From Bacteroidales bacterium (lineage in GTDB: Bacteria; Bacteroidota; Bacteroidia; Bacteroidales; UBA12077), in assembly GCA_028282585.1 (NCBI GenBank), contig JANQHR010000063.1, positions 1 through 32,832 on the forward strand: DNA of 32,832 nucleotides, read 5' to 3'. The translations under genes were made by a program, and so were the position numbers. Under the pieces are notes generated by a model. The model was given only the letters and a program-made list of their open reading frames with translations. It ran no database searches and was not told the origin of the DNA. This document shows positions 17,968 to 26,695 of the stretch, one piece after another. Positions within the stretch are counted from its first letter, which is position 1. Each line of letters begins with the position of its first letter.

Positions 17968-19476
17968 ATGAAAACAAAATTTAAAACGACTCTATTTTTT
18001 CTCATTTGCATATCAAACTTAGGATATTCGCAGTTTAAGACAGACAATAGTTTTAATAATGCGGACAAAAATTTAAAGCATAAGTTTTATGAAATTATTA
18101 CTAGTAATACTGAACTGAATATTTCAAATTTAGCTTCAATAAACACAAAAGACTCCAAAATAGAACTAAAAGGTAGCATCAAGATATCTGATAACATACT
18201 TTTAAATATGGGTGTTAATGGAGCGATTAATGAAGGCGTTTCTTCAATTCTTTCAGGTTTAGAAATAGTTCCTTCTGTTGGAACAGAACTAGGATTTCAT
18301 TTGTATATTGATGATAATGATTATTATTCAAAAATAGTAAATCAATTTAGCTTTAAAGAAAAACAAGATAGTCTAATCCGTGAAAGAGAATTTAGAGTAC
18401 TCAAATTTGTTGATTTATATGGAAATGAAATTACATATAATGCTTCAAAACCCGCTCAAACTTTAATCGAATCCAAAGGAAAAATCATTCCGTATTTTAT
18501 GTATCTGGAATATATGGATCAAAATGACAAAATCATCAAGAAGAAGGAATTTATAATTAAGCTTAATAAAGAAATAGAATCGCATAAAAAAGCAATAAAT
18601 GATGGATTTATTACAAAAGACAAAAAACAAATTACTCTAACTAATCAGGATCTAGAGATACTGAAGAGAAAAGTGGCTATGAAAGCAGAAAAAATTAAGG
18701 TAGCAGAAAATGATATATCAAATATGGAAGAAGTACTTCAAGAATATTTAAGTGTCTCGAACGTAATATCCAATTTTGAGGTTTCTGAGAATAATTATGT
18801 TGAAGCCATGAAAAAGACATATGAACTAAAGCAGCCTGAAGAATATAGGATTTCTTGGATTTCTCTTAATGGTAGTTTAAAGAATAATTCGATAAAGTTA
18901 TTTGATGAATCGGTTATTTTTGAAGATCAAATTTCGAAGAACTCATTCAATAATTTTGGTGTTGAGTTAAGTTATAATATCTATAATTTGACTGTAAATG
19001 ATCACAAAACATACTTTTTAAGGCTTGGATTTTCATATAATAATAAAGATAATCTTGGAGATCTAAGTGCATTGAAAATTGAACAAGTTGACAATATTTC
19101 TAATTCTTCTGGTACATCTTCAAGAATATCAAAATCAGAAATTGCCGCATATAAAAAAGAAGAATACAAAAGTGATATCAACTCCACATCTTTATTTGTT
19201 GATGGATACTGGTTCTTTTCAAGAAAAAACAATACTGCACTTCATTTAAGAACTGAAGTTGTTTCTGAAGGTGGAACACAAAAAATGAATTTAGGTACAG
19301 GTTTATTTTTGTCATTCAAAACTAAAAACAAGGAAAATCCTTTTGTTAACGTTGAACTCTTTACAAATTTTGCTGATTTATTAAAAGACAATACTGAAGA
19401 AGATAAACTGTTGGATCGTAGCACGACTAGTTTGAGTTTAAATTTTCCAATAACATTTAAAACTAATCAAAAATGA
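17968..19476 (+). CDS. Secreted hypothetical protein (502 aa) with a central coiled coil and beta-rich termini
   Basis: Signal peptide ending NLGYS-Q; heptad-like K/E-rich region around residues 190-290; aromatic beta-strand C-terminus. Confidence 0.8.
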   Translation: MKTKFKTTLFFLICISNLGYSQFKTDNSFNNADKNLKHKFYEIITSNTELNISNLASINTKDSKIELKGSIKISDNILLNMGVNGAINEGVSSILSGLEIVPSVGTELGFHLYIDDNDYYSKIVNQFSFKEKQDSLIREREFRVLKFVDLYGNEITYNASKPAQTLIESKGKIIPYFMYLEYMDQNDKIIKKKEFIIKLNKEIESHKKAINDGFITKDKKQITLTNQDLEILKRKVAMKAEKIKVAENDISNMEEVLQEYLSVSNVISNFEVSENNYVEAMKKTYELKQPEEYRISWISLNGSLKNNSIKLFDESVIFEDQISKNSFNNFGVELSYNIYNLTVNDHKTYFLRLGFSYNNKDNLGDLSALKIEQVDNISNSSGTSSRISKSEIAAYKKEEYKSDINSTSLFVDGYWFFSRKNNTALHLRTEVVSEGGTQKMNLGTGLFLSFKTKNKENPFVNVELFTNFADLLKDNTEEDKLLDRSTTSLSLNFPITFKTNQK

Positions 19477-19646
19477 TATTAAAACAAGAATACATTATAG
19501 ATTGTAATGATTGTGGTTTCAAAAGAAAAGGCGCCGATTTGGAGATGTTGGCTATCGAAAGAGATAAGCACAAAGCGAAAAATCCAACACACGAAATAGG
19601 ATGGTATTTAAGAGAAAGAACTCTCACTAAGATCAAAGGTAAATAA
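19473..19646 (+). CDS. Unannotated 57-aa protein with a CX2C-X18-HX6H putative zinc finger
   Basis: MILKQEYIIDCNDCGFKRKGADLEMLAIERDKHKAKNPTHEIGWYLRERTLTKIKGK*. ATGA overlap with the upstream stop; below the ORF-track size cutoff. Confidence 0.65.
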   Translation: MILKQEYIIDCNDCGFKRKGADLEMLAIERDKHKAKNPTHEIGWYLRERTLTKIKGK

Positions 19647-19898
19647 ACATTTATTTACACGGTGTGTAAGATCGTAATGAAGAATTTGCAATAAATTTAT
19701 GTGGAAATGAATTTAAAATTGTTGTAAATAGCGCAACATCTTTCGCATCTAATCAAACTTTTTGACATTATTACTCTACCAATATTCACTTGATATTAAT
19801 AAAAATACCAACTGTATTTTATGGGATTTAACTACTTTTAATATGAAAAGCGGAATTTTTGTTACGGGAGATAAATCCTCCCGTTAAATCCTTATCGT

Positions 19899-20720
19899 AT
19901 GTTTTTAGGGCAAAACACAGATTTCATATTTAGCAAGCCAAAGAACGAATACCTCAGGAATATTGTCCTGACTTATTTTTACATCCATATCGATGTCTCT
20001 GAATTGGTTGTTAAAAGCGAGTACATCATACCATACCCCAGGGTTACCTTTGGTTTCTTTTTTAACAACCCGTTTTACGTATACAATTCAAGCAGGAACG
20101 AAATAAAAAAAGAGAATAACCTTGTTACGAAAGTCACCAAAGATCAAATTGTCGTTAGCCCAACAACTAATAAAATACAAATTTTCGGGGCACATTTAAG
20201 ACCTTTTGCCTTAGCCCTGTTCACAAAAACACCCGTTTCCCAACTAAACTGGGGCATGGATCCATTTGAAATACTGGGCATAAAAACAAGAAGGTTTGAA
20301 GAGAGGCTTAATAAAATTGAAACTGTCCCCGGCTTATTTGACCTGGCTGAGAAATCGTTCCTTGATGCTTTGCTTGTAAAAGACTTTGAGCTTATTGATA
20401 AAGCCACTCGGTTAATTGAAGAAAGTGATCCCCTGTTGTCTGTTGTTGAGATTGCAGAAAAGTTGCATATTACGGTAAGGACATTGAGAAACTACTTTCA
20501 AAAGTTTATCGGTTGTTCCCCAAAAGACTACCTGCAGATAGTGAGGATAAAAAGGGCTGCTTACCAAATGTTTTCTTCGGGTTCATCTTTAACAGGTACC
20601 GGGGTTGGAGCTGATTTTTATGACCAGTCCCATTTTATCAATAGTTTTCAAAAAACGATAGGCAAAGCGCCAAAAGATATCAAAAAGGACATCAAGAATT
20701 TCCGTTTTTTACAATTTTGA
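19899..20720 (+). CDS. AraC-family transcriptional regulator (DUF6597-like N-terminus)
   Basis: C-terminal double HTH: SVVEIAEKLHITVRTLRNYFQKFIGCSPK ... FYDQSHFINSF..IGKAP. Confidence 0.92.
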   Translation: MFLGQNTDFIFSKPKNEYLRNIVLTYFYIHIDVSELVVKSEYIIPYPRVTFGFFFNNPFYVYNSSRNEIKKENNLVTKVTKDQIVVSPTTNKIQIFGAHLRPFALALFTKTPVSQLNWGMDPFEILGIKTRRFEERLNKIETVPGLFDLAEKSFLDALLVKDFELIDKATRLIEESDPLLSVVEIAEKLHITVRTLRNYFQKFIGCSPKDYLQIVRIKRAAYQMFSSGSSLTGTGVGADFYDQSHFINSFQKTIGKAPKDIKKDIKNFRFLQF

Positions 20721-20772
20721 AAAATGGGGAATCCTGAATTTTGCTTCCAGGTATGAATAATCAAATTACCAG

Positions 20773-21237
20773 ATGAAGCGGAAGTCGGTTGTTAAAATCC
20801 ATTTGATCAGTACTGTAATTGCTGGTCTTACAATATCTTCTTTTTTCACAGCCACAATAATTTCTAAAGTTATTAATGACACCCTTTTAATAATGGCCGT
20901 GAAAGAGAAAATCTTTTATGCCCTTCCCATATTGTTGGTTTCGATGCCGTCTGTTGGGGTTTCAGGGATTAAACTTACCGGGCAGTACAAATCACCAGTG
21001 CATGTTGCTAAACTGAAAAGGATGAAAATGATAGCTTTCAATGGGATATTGCTCATTCTGTTGGCTACTTACCTATATATCAACTCCAGGGATGGGGTTT
21101 TGGGCTGGTATTTCTGGATAGCCCAAATAGTGGAGTTGGTGCTGGGGGCCACAAACCTTTTTCTTATTGCCAGGAACATAAAAGCTGGTTTTACCCTAAA
21201 AGGCTGGTTTCGTGGACGGGACATTAAAAAACAATAA
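20773..21237 (+). CDS. Four-TM hypothetical membrane protein
   Basis: Four hydrophobic helices; N-terminal KIHL, KLKRMK..AFNG and NIKAG motifs. Confidence 0.8.
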   Translation: MKRKSVVKIHLISTVIAGLTISSFFTATIISKVINDTLLIMAVKEKIFYALPILLVSMPSVGVSGIKLTGQYKSPVHVAKLKRMKMIAFNGILLILLATYLYINSRDGVLGWYFWIAQIVELVLGATNLFLIARNIKAGFTLKGWFRGRDIKKQ

Positions 21238-21255
21238 ATATAAAAACCTATAAAG

Positions 21256-21759
21256 ATGAAAAGATTGTCAGAAAAGTCTGAAAAAACACTAAAAGTAATC
21301 CACTTGTTATCAATGAGTATTTGGACTGCGTCCTTGATTATCATGTATGCCATAGGTATTATCCTTCCACGTGCCACAACGCCTGAAGCATTTTATTTTG
21401 GTCATTATATCAACTATATCATTGATTTCCTGATACTGACCCCTGCCGCTATTTTGACTTTTTTAACCGGTCTTATATACGGGCTCTTTACCAAATGGAA
21501 GGTGAACATGAATTTATGGTTGAAAATAAAAGTTGCCATTACAGTCCTGCTGATCGTGCTGGGTACATTTTGGCTTGGGCCATTGTTGCGCGAAGTTACA
21601 GGGCAAGTTAAAATACATGGTTTAAGTTTACTTTCTGATAAAGGGTATATAAATGATATCCGAATTATTACTTGGTTTTCCCTTGTCAATGCAATCCTGC
21701 TGATTATAGCATTTATCCTCTCCACATTTAAGCTAGGTAATAACACCGATCAATCATAG
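21256..21759 (+). CDS. DUF2269-like four-TM membrane protein
   Basis: LKVIHLL..IW, LTGL and WLKIK motifs, and C-terminal LSTFK. Confidence 0.75.
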   Translation: MKRLSEKSEKTLKVIHLLSMSIWTASLIIMYAIGIILPRATTPEAFYFGHYINYIIDFLILTPAAILTFLTGLIYGLFTKWKVNMNLWLKIKVAITVLLIVLGTFWLGPLLREVTGQVKIHGLSLLSDKGYINDIRIITWFSLVNAILLIIAFILSTFKLGNNTDQS

Positions 21760-21819
21760 GTATAAAATAAAACATACAAAAATTGTAGTATAAATTATTC
21801 AATTAAATACGGAGTAGTT

Positions 21820-23400
21820 ATGAATAGAACACATGAAATAGTTGTTGCAGGCGGTGGTCATAATGGTTTGACCGTAGCCGCATATCTTGCCAGGGCAGGG
21901 GTTGACGTAGCTGTTGTTGAAAAGAAACCTTATGTAGGTGGTGGTGCTGTAACGTTAGAACCAAATGTTAAGGGTTTCAGGCACGATGTTGCATCCGGTG
22001 CCCATATTTTTATCCAGGCAAACCCACTTATCAGGAACGATGAACTCAACCTTATTTCGAAATATGGGCTTAAGTACATTGGTTTTGAAGAAGACCCTTC
22101 GGTTTCAGTCGTTTTTCCTGATAACAGCTATATTGCTTTATACCGGGATTTAGATAAAACTTGTCAATCCATAGCTAAATTTTCTCCCCGTGATGCAGAA
22201 GCCTACAAAAAATTTGCAGAATGGGCTCAACCGCTCCTTGGTATGCTGATGCAGGGGTTCTTTGCACCTCCTGCACCTTATGGGGCATTATTCGCACAAT
22301 TGGATCAACAGGGGCAGGGACAGGACTTAATCAGGGCTTTACAAATGAGCTCGCTGGATATTATTGATGATTGGTTTGAAGATGAACGGGTAAAAGCAAC
22401 ATTGGCAAGATTTGTTTCAGAAGTTATTGTTTCCCCTGATGATATAGGGACAGGTGCATTTTTCTTCATTATGGTGCCACTGCTCCATACTTATGGTATG
22501 GCTATACCTGTAAGTGGTTCGGGGGCTTTATCAGAGGCTTTAAAAAGAAGTATTGAAGACAATGGGGGTACCGTGTACCTTGACAGCCCTGTTGTTAAAA
22601 TTGAAAAATCCGGAGGACGGGCTTCCGGGGTGAAACTTAAATCCGGGGAAGTGGTTACAGCCCGGAAAGCTGTAATTGCCAACCTGAATATAAAGCAAAT
22701 CCCGGGGTTACTGGGTGATGGAGATTTAGATGAAGATTTTATGCGACGGTTGAACGGGGTGAAAAGCAGTGTTTTTGTATGTTTCAACCAAAATATGTCG
22801 TTAAATGAAGCACCATTGTACAAAGCAGGTGAAGAAGTAAACCGGTCTTGCCTGGTTGAACTGGCAGACTTTTTGCCCCAAATGCGCCAGACTTTTGATG
22901 GTTATAAATATGGCAAAATGGATGGCAGCATGCCTGCATGTATTACAGCTACTGCCCACGACCCTACAAGGGCACCCGAAGGCAAGCATACGCTTTATTT
23001 GTTCCAGTATAACCCATTCAATATTAGAGGTGGGGCGCAAGCATGGGATAATGAAAAGGAAAAGGTTGCAAAAACAGTCCTTGAGAGTATCCGGTCAAGG
23101 ACTACAAATATGGGGGATGAGAATATCCTGGGCAATACCATATGGAGCCCATGGGATTTTCAACAATTCAACGATGCCTGGCTGAATGGCGACCCACTGC
23201 ATATGAAGAATATGATGGCACAATTCTTTTCCCACAGACCATTTGCCGGATCGGGATACTATAAAATGCCTGTTGACGGGCTTTATCTTTGTGGTCCTTC
23301 AACTCATCCCGGAGGAGGGGTGACAGGTGGGGCCAGGGGGACTGCTATGGTCGTTTTAGAGGATATAGGTTTAGATTTTGATACTGTTATTGAGAATTAA
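21820..23400 (+). CDS. FAD-dependent oxidoreductase of the phytoene-dehydrogenase-related (COG1233) family
   Basis: Rossmann motif IVVAGGGHNGL.AAYLA..G..V.V.E, DPTRAPEGKHT and GLYLCGPSTHPGGGVTG. Confidence 0.92.
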   Translation: MNRTHEIVVAGGGHNGLTVAAYLARAGVDVAVVEKKPYVGGGAVTLEPNVKGFRHDVASGAHIFIQANPLIRNDELNLISKYGLKYIGFEEDPSVSVVFPDNSYIALYRDLDKTCQSIAKFSPRDAEAYKKFAEWAQPLLGMLMQGFFAPPAPYGALFAQLDQQGQGQDLIRALQMSSLDIIDDWFEDERVKATLARFVSEVIVSPDDIGTGAFFFIMVPLLHTYGMAIPVSGSGALSEALKRSIEDNGGTVYLDSPVVKIEKSGGRASGVKLKSGEVVTARKAVIANLNIKQIPGLLGDGDLDEDFMRRLNGVKSSVFVCFNQNMSLNEAPLYKAGEEVNRSCLVELADFLPQMRQTFDGYKYGKMDGSMPACITATAHDPTRAPEGKHTLYLFQYNPFNIRGGAQAWDNEKEKVAKTVLESIRSRTTNMGDENILGNTIWSPWDFQQFNDAWLNGDPLHMKNMMAQFFSHRPFAGSGYYKMPVDGLYLCGPSTHPGGGVTGGARGTAMVVLEDIGLDFDTVIEN

Positions 23401-23401
23401 A

Positions 23402-23944
23402 ATGAAAAAAACTCTTTTAGCAATAAGCCTGGCATTGAACCTTTGGGTTGTTTTTGCTTTGGTATCGACTGAAATTCAAATATATAACTTAGTTAATCTA
23501 GCTATTGCCTTATTGGTCGGGATGATGTTAATCCTTCATATTGGACTTTTAGCATCAAATAAATTATGGCTTTACCAATCAGGGATTTTAATTGCAATTG
23601 GTTTATTCATTGCAGCTTGGTTTACCGATAAAAAGATAATATGGCAGGTTGTAACTGGAAGTACACTTATTTTGTTTATGCTCTTAACCTCATTGAGGTT
23701 AAGGGCAATAGCCAATAGTTTCATCCTTCACGCCCAGGATGGAGCAACTTTGATGGAAATAAAGAAAATAGAATATAAGGATAGCAAGTTAGTAATCCGC
23801 GGGAAAATGATGGGTACAATGCCAACAACAGCACAGGTACGCCCCGGGGAACTATGGAAAGCTTTAACAATGCTTTCCTTAAAAGTAGTATTACGGTTTC
23901 CCAAATTGCTATACCTGGGGTGGAAATCCGAAAAAAGCAATTAA
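23402..23944 (+). CDS. Membrane protein: ~4 TM helices fused to a small soluble C-terminal domain
   Basis: Likely ATG start at 23402, 1 bp after the oxidoreductase stop. C-terminal DGATLMEIKKIEYKDSKLVIRGKMMGTMP. Confidence 0.8.
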   Translation: MKKTLLAISLALNLWVVFALVSTEIQIYNLVNLAIALLVGMMLILHIGLLASNKLWLYQSGILIAIGLFIAAWFTDKKIIWQVVTGSTLILFMLLTSLRLRAIANSFILHAQDGATLMEIKKIEYKDSKLVIRGKMMGTMPTTAQVRPGELWKALTMLSLKVVLRFPKLLYLGWKSEKSN

Positions 23945-24319
23945 TTGAAACAAATCGGAACGTGTAGTTGGTTTATGTTTTTATAAAAGCAATGTAAATT
24001 GCTCTAAAACCTAATTGGGAATATCATTCAATTCAAATAAAGTAATTCTTTAAATAGGGGCTAATTTATCCATTTTCCCTTTTTAAGGATTTCCTTTTAT
24101 CTTATAATGATGTTTACAAAAGAATTGATCATGTTGTGTGCGTGTATACTGCGTGTTGTTAAGGCGTTTCGTTAGTTTGTAGAGTTCGCTTGCTTATGGT
24201 ATTTTACTTTAAATAGGTGGACTCTTAAACACTAATAAATAGAGGGACTTTTTTTCAACCCCAATGCGAGCCAGATTTGGGTAATACTCCAGATAGGCTG
24301 ATTTTGCATTAAAAGATCC

Positions 24320-25177
24320 TTGAAGATGGATAATAAAGCCTATGAAGACAAAATACTGAAACTAGAGGATGAGTTGAATTTTTTAAAAAGCCAGGCTCAT
24401 GATATTTTTACGCTCATTGAACTGGCAATTGGGCTGTGTAATTCAGCAATGATAAAGATGCGAAAGACAGTTCTTAGCGAAGGGTTCAGTAACACCGATG
24501 ATGAGATATATTTCTTCAAATACCTTAAGCCAAAGATAAACAGCAAGTTAATTTTCTATATTCAGTTATTTGATATAGAAATTAAAAGAAGGGATGCCAG
24601 CAATGAGATTCAGATACATTACCTGGAAGAGGTGCTGGCTGGATTGCACCATTACTTTCAGGAAAACATGGAATTCTGTCAATATTATTGGAGGACCCAA
24701 ATATATTTGGATCATATTTACTTCCTAAGGGGAAATAAAAATATGAGGATTCATTCTGACAATCTGGTAAATTTGATTGATCCTGATTTTTCGACAACCT
24801 ATGATCAAACCGTTGCAAAAATTATTGCCTACGAGAGGTTGGTAAAATATGTGGAAAATGAAATAGTCAAACTAAAAAATGGTTCAATGGGATTAAATGG
24901 TGAAGGGCAGGAAGTTTTTCATTCAAAAGCTTATTGGAGCGGTACCCTTACAGCAATTGTTGAATTGGCTTATGCCTTAGACAGTGTAAAAGCTGTGAAT
25001 AACGGGCATATTGAAATAAAGAAACTGGTTGAAATGTTTGAAATGATGTTCAATATTAAGGTTGGTGATTATTATCGGATATTCAAAGAGATACAAAAAC
25101 GGAAAAAGGACAGGACAAAATTTTTGAGTAGCCTGGTAGAAGCCCTAAATAAAAGAATGTATGATTTGGATGAATAG
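24320..25177 (+). CDS. rteC: RteC-domain regulator of conjugative transposons
   Basis: EIYFFKYLKP, YFLRG, DPDFST.YD..AKIIA, W.G....VELAYAL and RKKDRTKFL..L. Confidence 0.92.
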   Translation: MKMDNKAYEDKILKLEDELNFLKSQAHDIFTLIELAIGLCNSAMIKMRKTVLSEGFSNTDDEIYFFKYLKPKINSKLIFYIQLFDIEIKRRDASNEIQIHYLEEVLAGLHHYFQENMEFCQYYWRTQIYLDHIYFLRGNKNMRIHSDNLVNLIDPDFSTTYDQTVAKIIAYERLVKYVENEIVKLKNGSMGLNGEGQEVFHSKAYWSGTLTAIVELAYALDSVKAVNNGHIEIKKLVEMFEMMFNIKVGDYYRIFKEIQKRKKDRTKFLSSLVEALNKRMYDLDE

Positions 25178-25216
25178 TAAATTTAAGGATAATGATTAAA
25201 AAAAGAAGTTTTGAAT

Positions 25217-25224
25217 TACCTTTG
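25217..25224 (+). promoter_or_regulatory. Bacteroidota -7 promoter element
   Basis: TACCTTTG = TAnnTTTG, upstream of the structured leader. Confidence 0.55.
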
Positions 25225-25301
25225 TGAAATACATATGAAAACGACTACTCCTGATACGGGAGTATTGAAATATTAAAGACATGAGCGTTTGCTCTATTCT
25301 T

Positions 25302-25469
25302 AAAACTAAAAATCGCCAGTTTTTAAAGTACAACAAGAATAGGAGTATGACGCCCACGTTTTGCGTGGGCTATAGTATTCTGTTGTACTGGGTGTCTGGC
25401 GATACCTTAGTTTTGGAATTGCTGTAGTCCCACGCTCTTTTTCGAAAGAGTAGCGGACATGGGACACCC
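25302..25469 (+). ncRNA. Candidate structured RNA or regulatory leader with alternative pairings
   Basis: Nested stems: 25302-09/25407-14, 25312-19/25396-403, 25327-34/25382-89, 25336-41/25376-81 and 25352-58/25364-70. A second, UUCG-capped hairpin spans 25427-25465. Confidence 0.65.
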
Positions 25470-25486
25470 GTAAAAACAATTCGAAA

Positions 25487-25768
25487 ATGAACCTTTCTGA
25501 AGAAATTAAGAAATACATAGGGGTGGTTGTGCCTTTCACATGTTGCCCCATTGGTGAACCGGTTGATGACTGTCCTTTTATCCAATTCTGGAACGATAAG
25601 CCCAATGAAAACCGTGAAAAATTGCTCGAACAACTACCGGAAGAACAACTGGATAAACTCCAAAAATTTCATGATAAATGCCTTCGGGAAAAGATTAAGC
25701 TGGCACGAAAATATCCTGATGATGTCAAATACAGTAAGGTTAATTTGAAAGATCATTTCAGGTTTTAG
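25487..25768 (+). CDS. Small hypothetical protein with a CP..CPF..H..C putative metal site
   Basis: 93 aa with ATG start; CCPIGEPVDDCPF ... FHDKC. Confidence 0.7.
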   Translation: MNLSEEIKKYIGVVVPFTCCPIGEPVDDCPFIQFWNDKPNENREKLLEQLPEEQLDKLQKFHDKCLREKIKLARKYPDDVKYSKVNLKDHFRF

Positions 25769-25828
25769 CATTTAACTTGTTTGTTTCCTTTTTTAGGTTT
25801 TTCCTCTGATATTTTTAATTCAAAAAAA

Positions 25829-25882
25829 CACCCAAGTTGGGGAAAGCTTGGGGGAAAATTCCAATTTGAACTTCAATATTTG
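25829..25882 (+). promoter_or_regulatory. Conserved activator box plus promoter (candidate RteC site), copy 1
   Basis: CACCCAAGTTGGGGAAAGCTTGGGGGAAAAT with TTTG 50 bp from the motif start; repeated at 31400. Confidence 0.65.
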
Positions 25883-25919
25883 GCAAAACTCAAATTGTAA
25901 CAAATTAAATGATTTAGTT

Positions 25920-26213
25920 ATGCCAACAGAAATTGTAACAACCGATGATTTAAGGGAATTCAAAAGAGAGCTATTAGGCGATTTTAAAAGGATTCTTGCT
26001 GAGCATAGTGGATTCCTAACCAAGAAGTGGCTTAAATCAGCCGATGTATGCGACCTGCTTGAAATCTCCCAAGGTAAGCTTCAAACCATGCGTATTAATG
26101 GGACTATACCTTATACCAAACTAGGAGGTATGATCTTTTATGACAGTACGGAAATCCAAAAGATGATGACCCGGAATATGCAAAATGTATTGAGGCTCCG
26201 TGGTAGGAAATGA
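25920..26213 (+). CDS. HTH_17 (excisionase/MerR-like) DNA-binding protein
   Basis: MPTEIVTTDDL..KKWLKSADVCDLLEISQGKLQTMRINGTIPYTKLGG. ATG at 25920 preferred over the upstream TTG. Confidence 0.9.
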   Translation: MPTEIVTTDDLREFKRELLGDFKRILAEHSGFLTKKWLKSADVCDLLEISQGKLQTMRINGTIPYTKLGGMIFYDSTEIQKMMTRNMQNVLRLRGRK

Positions 26214-26695
26214 ATTATATCAAACACCTGCGTGGTTTCTTTGAAATCCTGGAATCGGATGACCGGATGACTGCCCACCATATCAGTTTATATATGGCTT
26301 TGTTTAACCTCTGGAATATGAACCGTTTCAGGGATCAGTTTGAAGTGAACCGAATCGATTTGATGGGAATGTCAAGGATCGGTTCGCGGAACACCTATTC
26401 CCGTTGTATGAAGCAATTGCACGATTGGGGTTATATCCGATACAATCCAGGAGCAAACCGGTACCAGGTTAGTAAAGTTAGCTGTACCAGATTTGATACC
26501 ACTAGTGGGACTACTAATGATACCGGTACTGATACCACTAATGGGACAGCAAGTGGGACACTCTTATTAAACTATTCAAACAACTTAAAGGATAAACTCG
26601 ATCCCAAAATATCAAAAAATGGAAAAGGGAAAAAAGAAGGAAAAGGAAGTTGGTTACACGTCAATACAGACAAGGACTACTCCGAACCCCTATAG
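26210..26695 (+). CDS. Winged-helix, phage-type replication-initiator-like protein
   Basis: MNYIKHL.GF, HISLYMALF..WN, LHDWGYIRY.P, a T/G/D low-complexity linker and C-terminal KDYSEPL. Coupled to both neighbours. Confidence 0.7.
   Translation: MNYIKHLRGFFEILESDDRMTAHHISLYMALFNLWNMNRFRDQFEVNRIDLMGMSRIGSRNTYSRCMKQLHDWGYIRYNPGANRYQVSKVSCTRFDTTSGTTNDTGTDTTNGTASGTLLLNYSNNLKDKLDPKISKNGKGKKEGKGSWLHVNTDKDYSEPL
26494..26565 (+). repeat. Six tandem 12-bp imperfect repeats inside the initiator-like gene
   Basis: TGATACCACTAG TGGGACTACTAA TGATACCGGTAC TGATACCACTAA TGGGACAGCAAG TGGGACACTCTT. Confidence 0.75.

Noticed and set aside
21820-23400. Calling the oxidoreductase crtI
   Set aside because: No carotenoid pathway genes are nearby, and the GGGHNGL/HPGGGV motifs fit the broader COG1233 group.
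24256-24306. Third copy of the CACCCAAG box upstream of rteC
   Set aside because: Only CCCAA..TTGGG is shared and the spacing differs.
19002-25748. Overlapping or antisense ORFs (19002, 19242, 20144, 21069, 21414, 21965, 22491, 22801, 22856, 23728, 24582, 25306, 25370, 25527)
   Set aside because: They overlap better-supported genes or the structured RNA and show no family motifs.
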